A stretch of DNA of 27,310 nucleotides from Syntrophobacterales bacterium (lineage in GTDB: Bacteria > Desulfobacterota > Syntrophobacteria > BM002): positions 1 to 27,310 of the forward strand of contig JASFKF010000001.1 in NCBI GenBank assembly GCA_050118775.1, in the 5' to 3' direction. The position numbers and the translations under genes were made by a program. The notes beneath the pieces are model-generated. The model saw nothing but the letters and a program-made list of their open reading frames with translations, did not search any database and was not told the origin of the DNA. Below, piece after piece: positions 25,743-27,310 of this stretch (position 1 is the stretch's first letter; every line of letters begins with the position of its first letter).

Positions 25743-25833
25743 ACTAGGCACTAAGCACTAGACACTAGGCACCAATGATACCCTTTGTTATACACTTCTT
25801 GTAGTGCCTAGTGCTTAGTTCCTAGTGCCTAGT
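25743..25833. repeat. Inverted ACTAGGC heptamer arms (hairpin-forming)
   Basis: actaggc actaagc actagac actaggc acc … gtgccta gtgctta gttccta gtgccta gt; the right arm is a 29/30 reverse complement of 23501-23530. Confidence 0.92.
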
Positions 25834-25851
25834 TGCAGCGGCTGCTAGCTG

Positions 25852-26640
25852 TTAAAGTTCGGCCAGTTTCTTGAACAAATGGCCCTTTCTGTCCTTAAGA
25901 AAAGGCATAGTAGAGCGAACCTCGGCTACTTTGGCCGGATCAATATCTGCCAAGATCAAGGTCTCCTTATCTCCGCCGTGAGCGAGAATCTGGCCAAGAG
26001 GATCTATGATGGCCGAGCCCCCGATGAAGTTGAGATCGCCACCATGTCCTACACGATTCACCCCTACCACGAAACACTGACTCTCCGCGGCCCGAGCTTG
26101 CAAAAACAAGTCCCAATGAAGCTGACGCACAGCTGGCCAAGAAGCAATAATCACAATTAGCTCACATCTGTCTACCACAAGCCGAAACAATTCAGGGAAG
26201 CGCAGATCATAGCAAACGAAACAGGCAGCATTGAGTTCTCCTAGACTAAATGGAACTGGCCAGTCACCGGCTTCGTAACTTTCGTCCTCCCCCAGCAAAC
26301 CGATCTGGTGAATTTTGGCGTAAAGCGCAAGATCTTTGCCATTACGGTCCACAGCGAGAGACACGTTCTGTGGTCCACCCTCATCCCGAGCCAAGACAAA
26401 GCCACCTACCATTGCCAAGCCCAGTTCACGGGCTAAGGTACGAAGGAGTGTCGGGGTGAGGCCGTCCAAAGATTCAGGGGTGATGGAAGTATCCATTGAG
26501 AACCCGGTGGCAAACATTTCCGGCAGGATGAGCAACTCGGCTCCTGCTTTCTTTGCTTGCGCCGCCATTTGACGGGCTTTTTCGTGGTTGGCTGATCTGT
26601 CGTGCCAGGTTATGTCCATCTGTGCTGCTGCCACTTTCAT
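25852..26640 (-). CDS. Carbon-nitrogen hydrolase (nitrilase family; omega-amidase / YafV-like)
   Basis: Catalytic triad LPEMF (E), YAKIH (K), VCYDLRFPE (C); ASWP..R..HW; GVNRVG. AGGAGG RBS supports ATG 26640 (track 26649). Confidence 0.93.
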   Translation of the reverse strand: MKVAAAQMDITWHDRSANHEKARQMAAQAKKAGAELLILPEMFATGFSMDTSITPESLDGLTPTLLRTLARELGLAMVGGFVLARDEGGPQNVSLAVDRNGKDLALYAKIHQIGLLGEDESYEAGDWPVPFSLGELNAACFVCYDLRFPELFRLVVDRCELIVIIASWPAVRQLHWDLFLQARAAESQCFVVGVNRVGHGGDLNFIGGSAIIDPLGQILAHGGDKETLILADIDPAKVAEVRSTMPFLKDRKGHLFKKLAEL

Positions 26641-26868
26641 CCCAGCCACCTCCTGAGGGTTTCTTTTTCCTTTTCAGATGTTTTCCTGAAGTCTGTCCCT
26701 AATATCATATCCACTGAAATGCACGCCAGCCAAAAATCGGACGGTGGTATTATCTCTTTTGTCTCAGGAGTTCGCCCAAAAATGTGTGGTTCTCCCATCT
26801 TCCTTGACATGGGTAAATCTGGTTGGTATTTGTGTGGTTACATAATCTCTGGCAGATGAGGGAATACC

Positions 26869-27309
26869 ATGTTCAGGACCGCTGATAATTACAATCTTTA
26901 CTATGACGGACTAGTATCTGAAGAGCAAGAGACAAACCTTAAGAGCTTGATTATGCAACACCAAATATCAACTGAATTTGCGGCCCTTCTCAAAAGAGAT
27001 TATAACTTCAAGATTTTAAATACTTATGGTGAACACCAAAAACTTATCTGGATTCTCTACAAGATTCTTGGAGTATTTGCCCTTTCGGCTCTCTTTGCCG
27101 AGGAACCTCATCCAACTGGATGTGAATATGAAGCAAGAGTAGATTTTTATATTGAAGCAAGCGGTAATTTTGAATATGAATTGAAAAACAACTTGTTTTT
27201 ATACGATGATTATGGATCTTCGGACGAGTGCATAGAGAGAATTGCACTAAAGTCAATTGGTTTTGACGAAAATTGCAGAATTAGGGGTAATATGGGAGAG
27301 ATGGATGTA
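26869..27309 (+). CDS. Hypothetical protein, truncated at the right edge
   Basis: GAGGGA RBS; ATG 26869 opens 147 codons without a stop to the window end (MFRTADNYNLYYDGLVSEEQETNLKSLIMQHQ…GNMGEMDV). Absent from the ORF track. Confidence 0.75.
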   Translation, partial: MFRTADNYNLYYDGLVSEEQETNLKSLIMQHQISTEFAALLKRDYNFKILNTYGEHQKLIWILYKILGVFALSALFAEEPHPTGCEYEARVDFYIEASGNFEYELKNNLFLYDDYGSSDECIERIALKSIGFDENCRIRGNMGEMDV

Positions 27310-27310
27310 A

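Noticed and set aside
997-25833. Repeat arrays as CRISPR
   Set aside because: No 23-47 bp repeats with unique regular spacers and no cas genes.
142-27256. Numerous 60-200 aa ORFs overlapping assigned genes on the opposite strand or in other frames (e.g. 142-447, 2573-2977, 6810-7235, 14135-14614, 17472-17939, 24422-25030, 27044-27256)
   Set aside because: Shadow ORFs of well-supported genes with no family motifs.

Overview
A 27.3 kb bacterial chromosomal window with no rRNA, tRNA, CRISPR array, integrase or transposase that I can support. Gene content (Isf-like flavoprotein, DUF3786, DUF2284, CerR-type TetR) suggests an anaerobic Desulfobacterota-like organism; this is inference. Layout: (i) left edge: a truncated lipoprotein, an MTH1187-family protein and a flavodoxin-fold protein; (ii) about 2-11.3 kb: an accessory-looking patchwork of single genes (TerB-like, exported beta protein, TetR, alpha/beta hydrolase, Ntn hydrolase, DUF3786, a Zn-ribbon pseudogene, DUF2284, SAM methyltransferase) with long AT-rich spacers containing two pairs of diverged duplicated modules; (iii) a thiW-ecfAA'-ecfT-DDAH operon with no TPP riboswitch; (iv) an MltD-like transglycosylase followed by a seven-gene DUF4129/DUF4350/MoxR/DUF58/SpoIIM/RDD/membrane-protein cluster; (v) a DSP phosphatase, a nitrilase-family amidase and a truncated orphan ORF. 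The most striking non-coding signal is a family of intergenic arrays with a strict 7-nt period. Several heptamer types occur as near-identical 28-31 bp modules at distant loci, as inverted arm pairs, and as concatenates that can switch unit type while keeping the 7-nt register.
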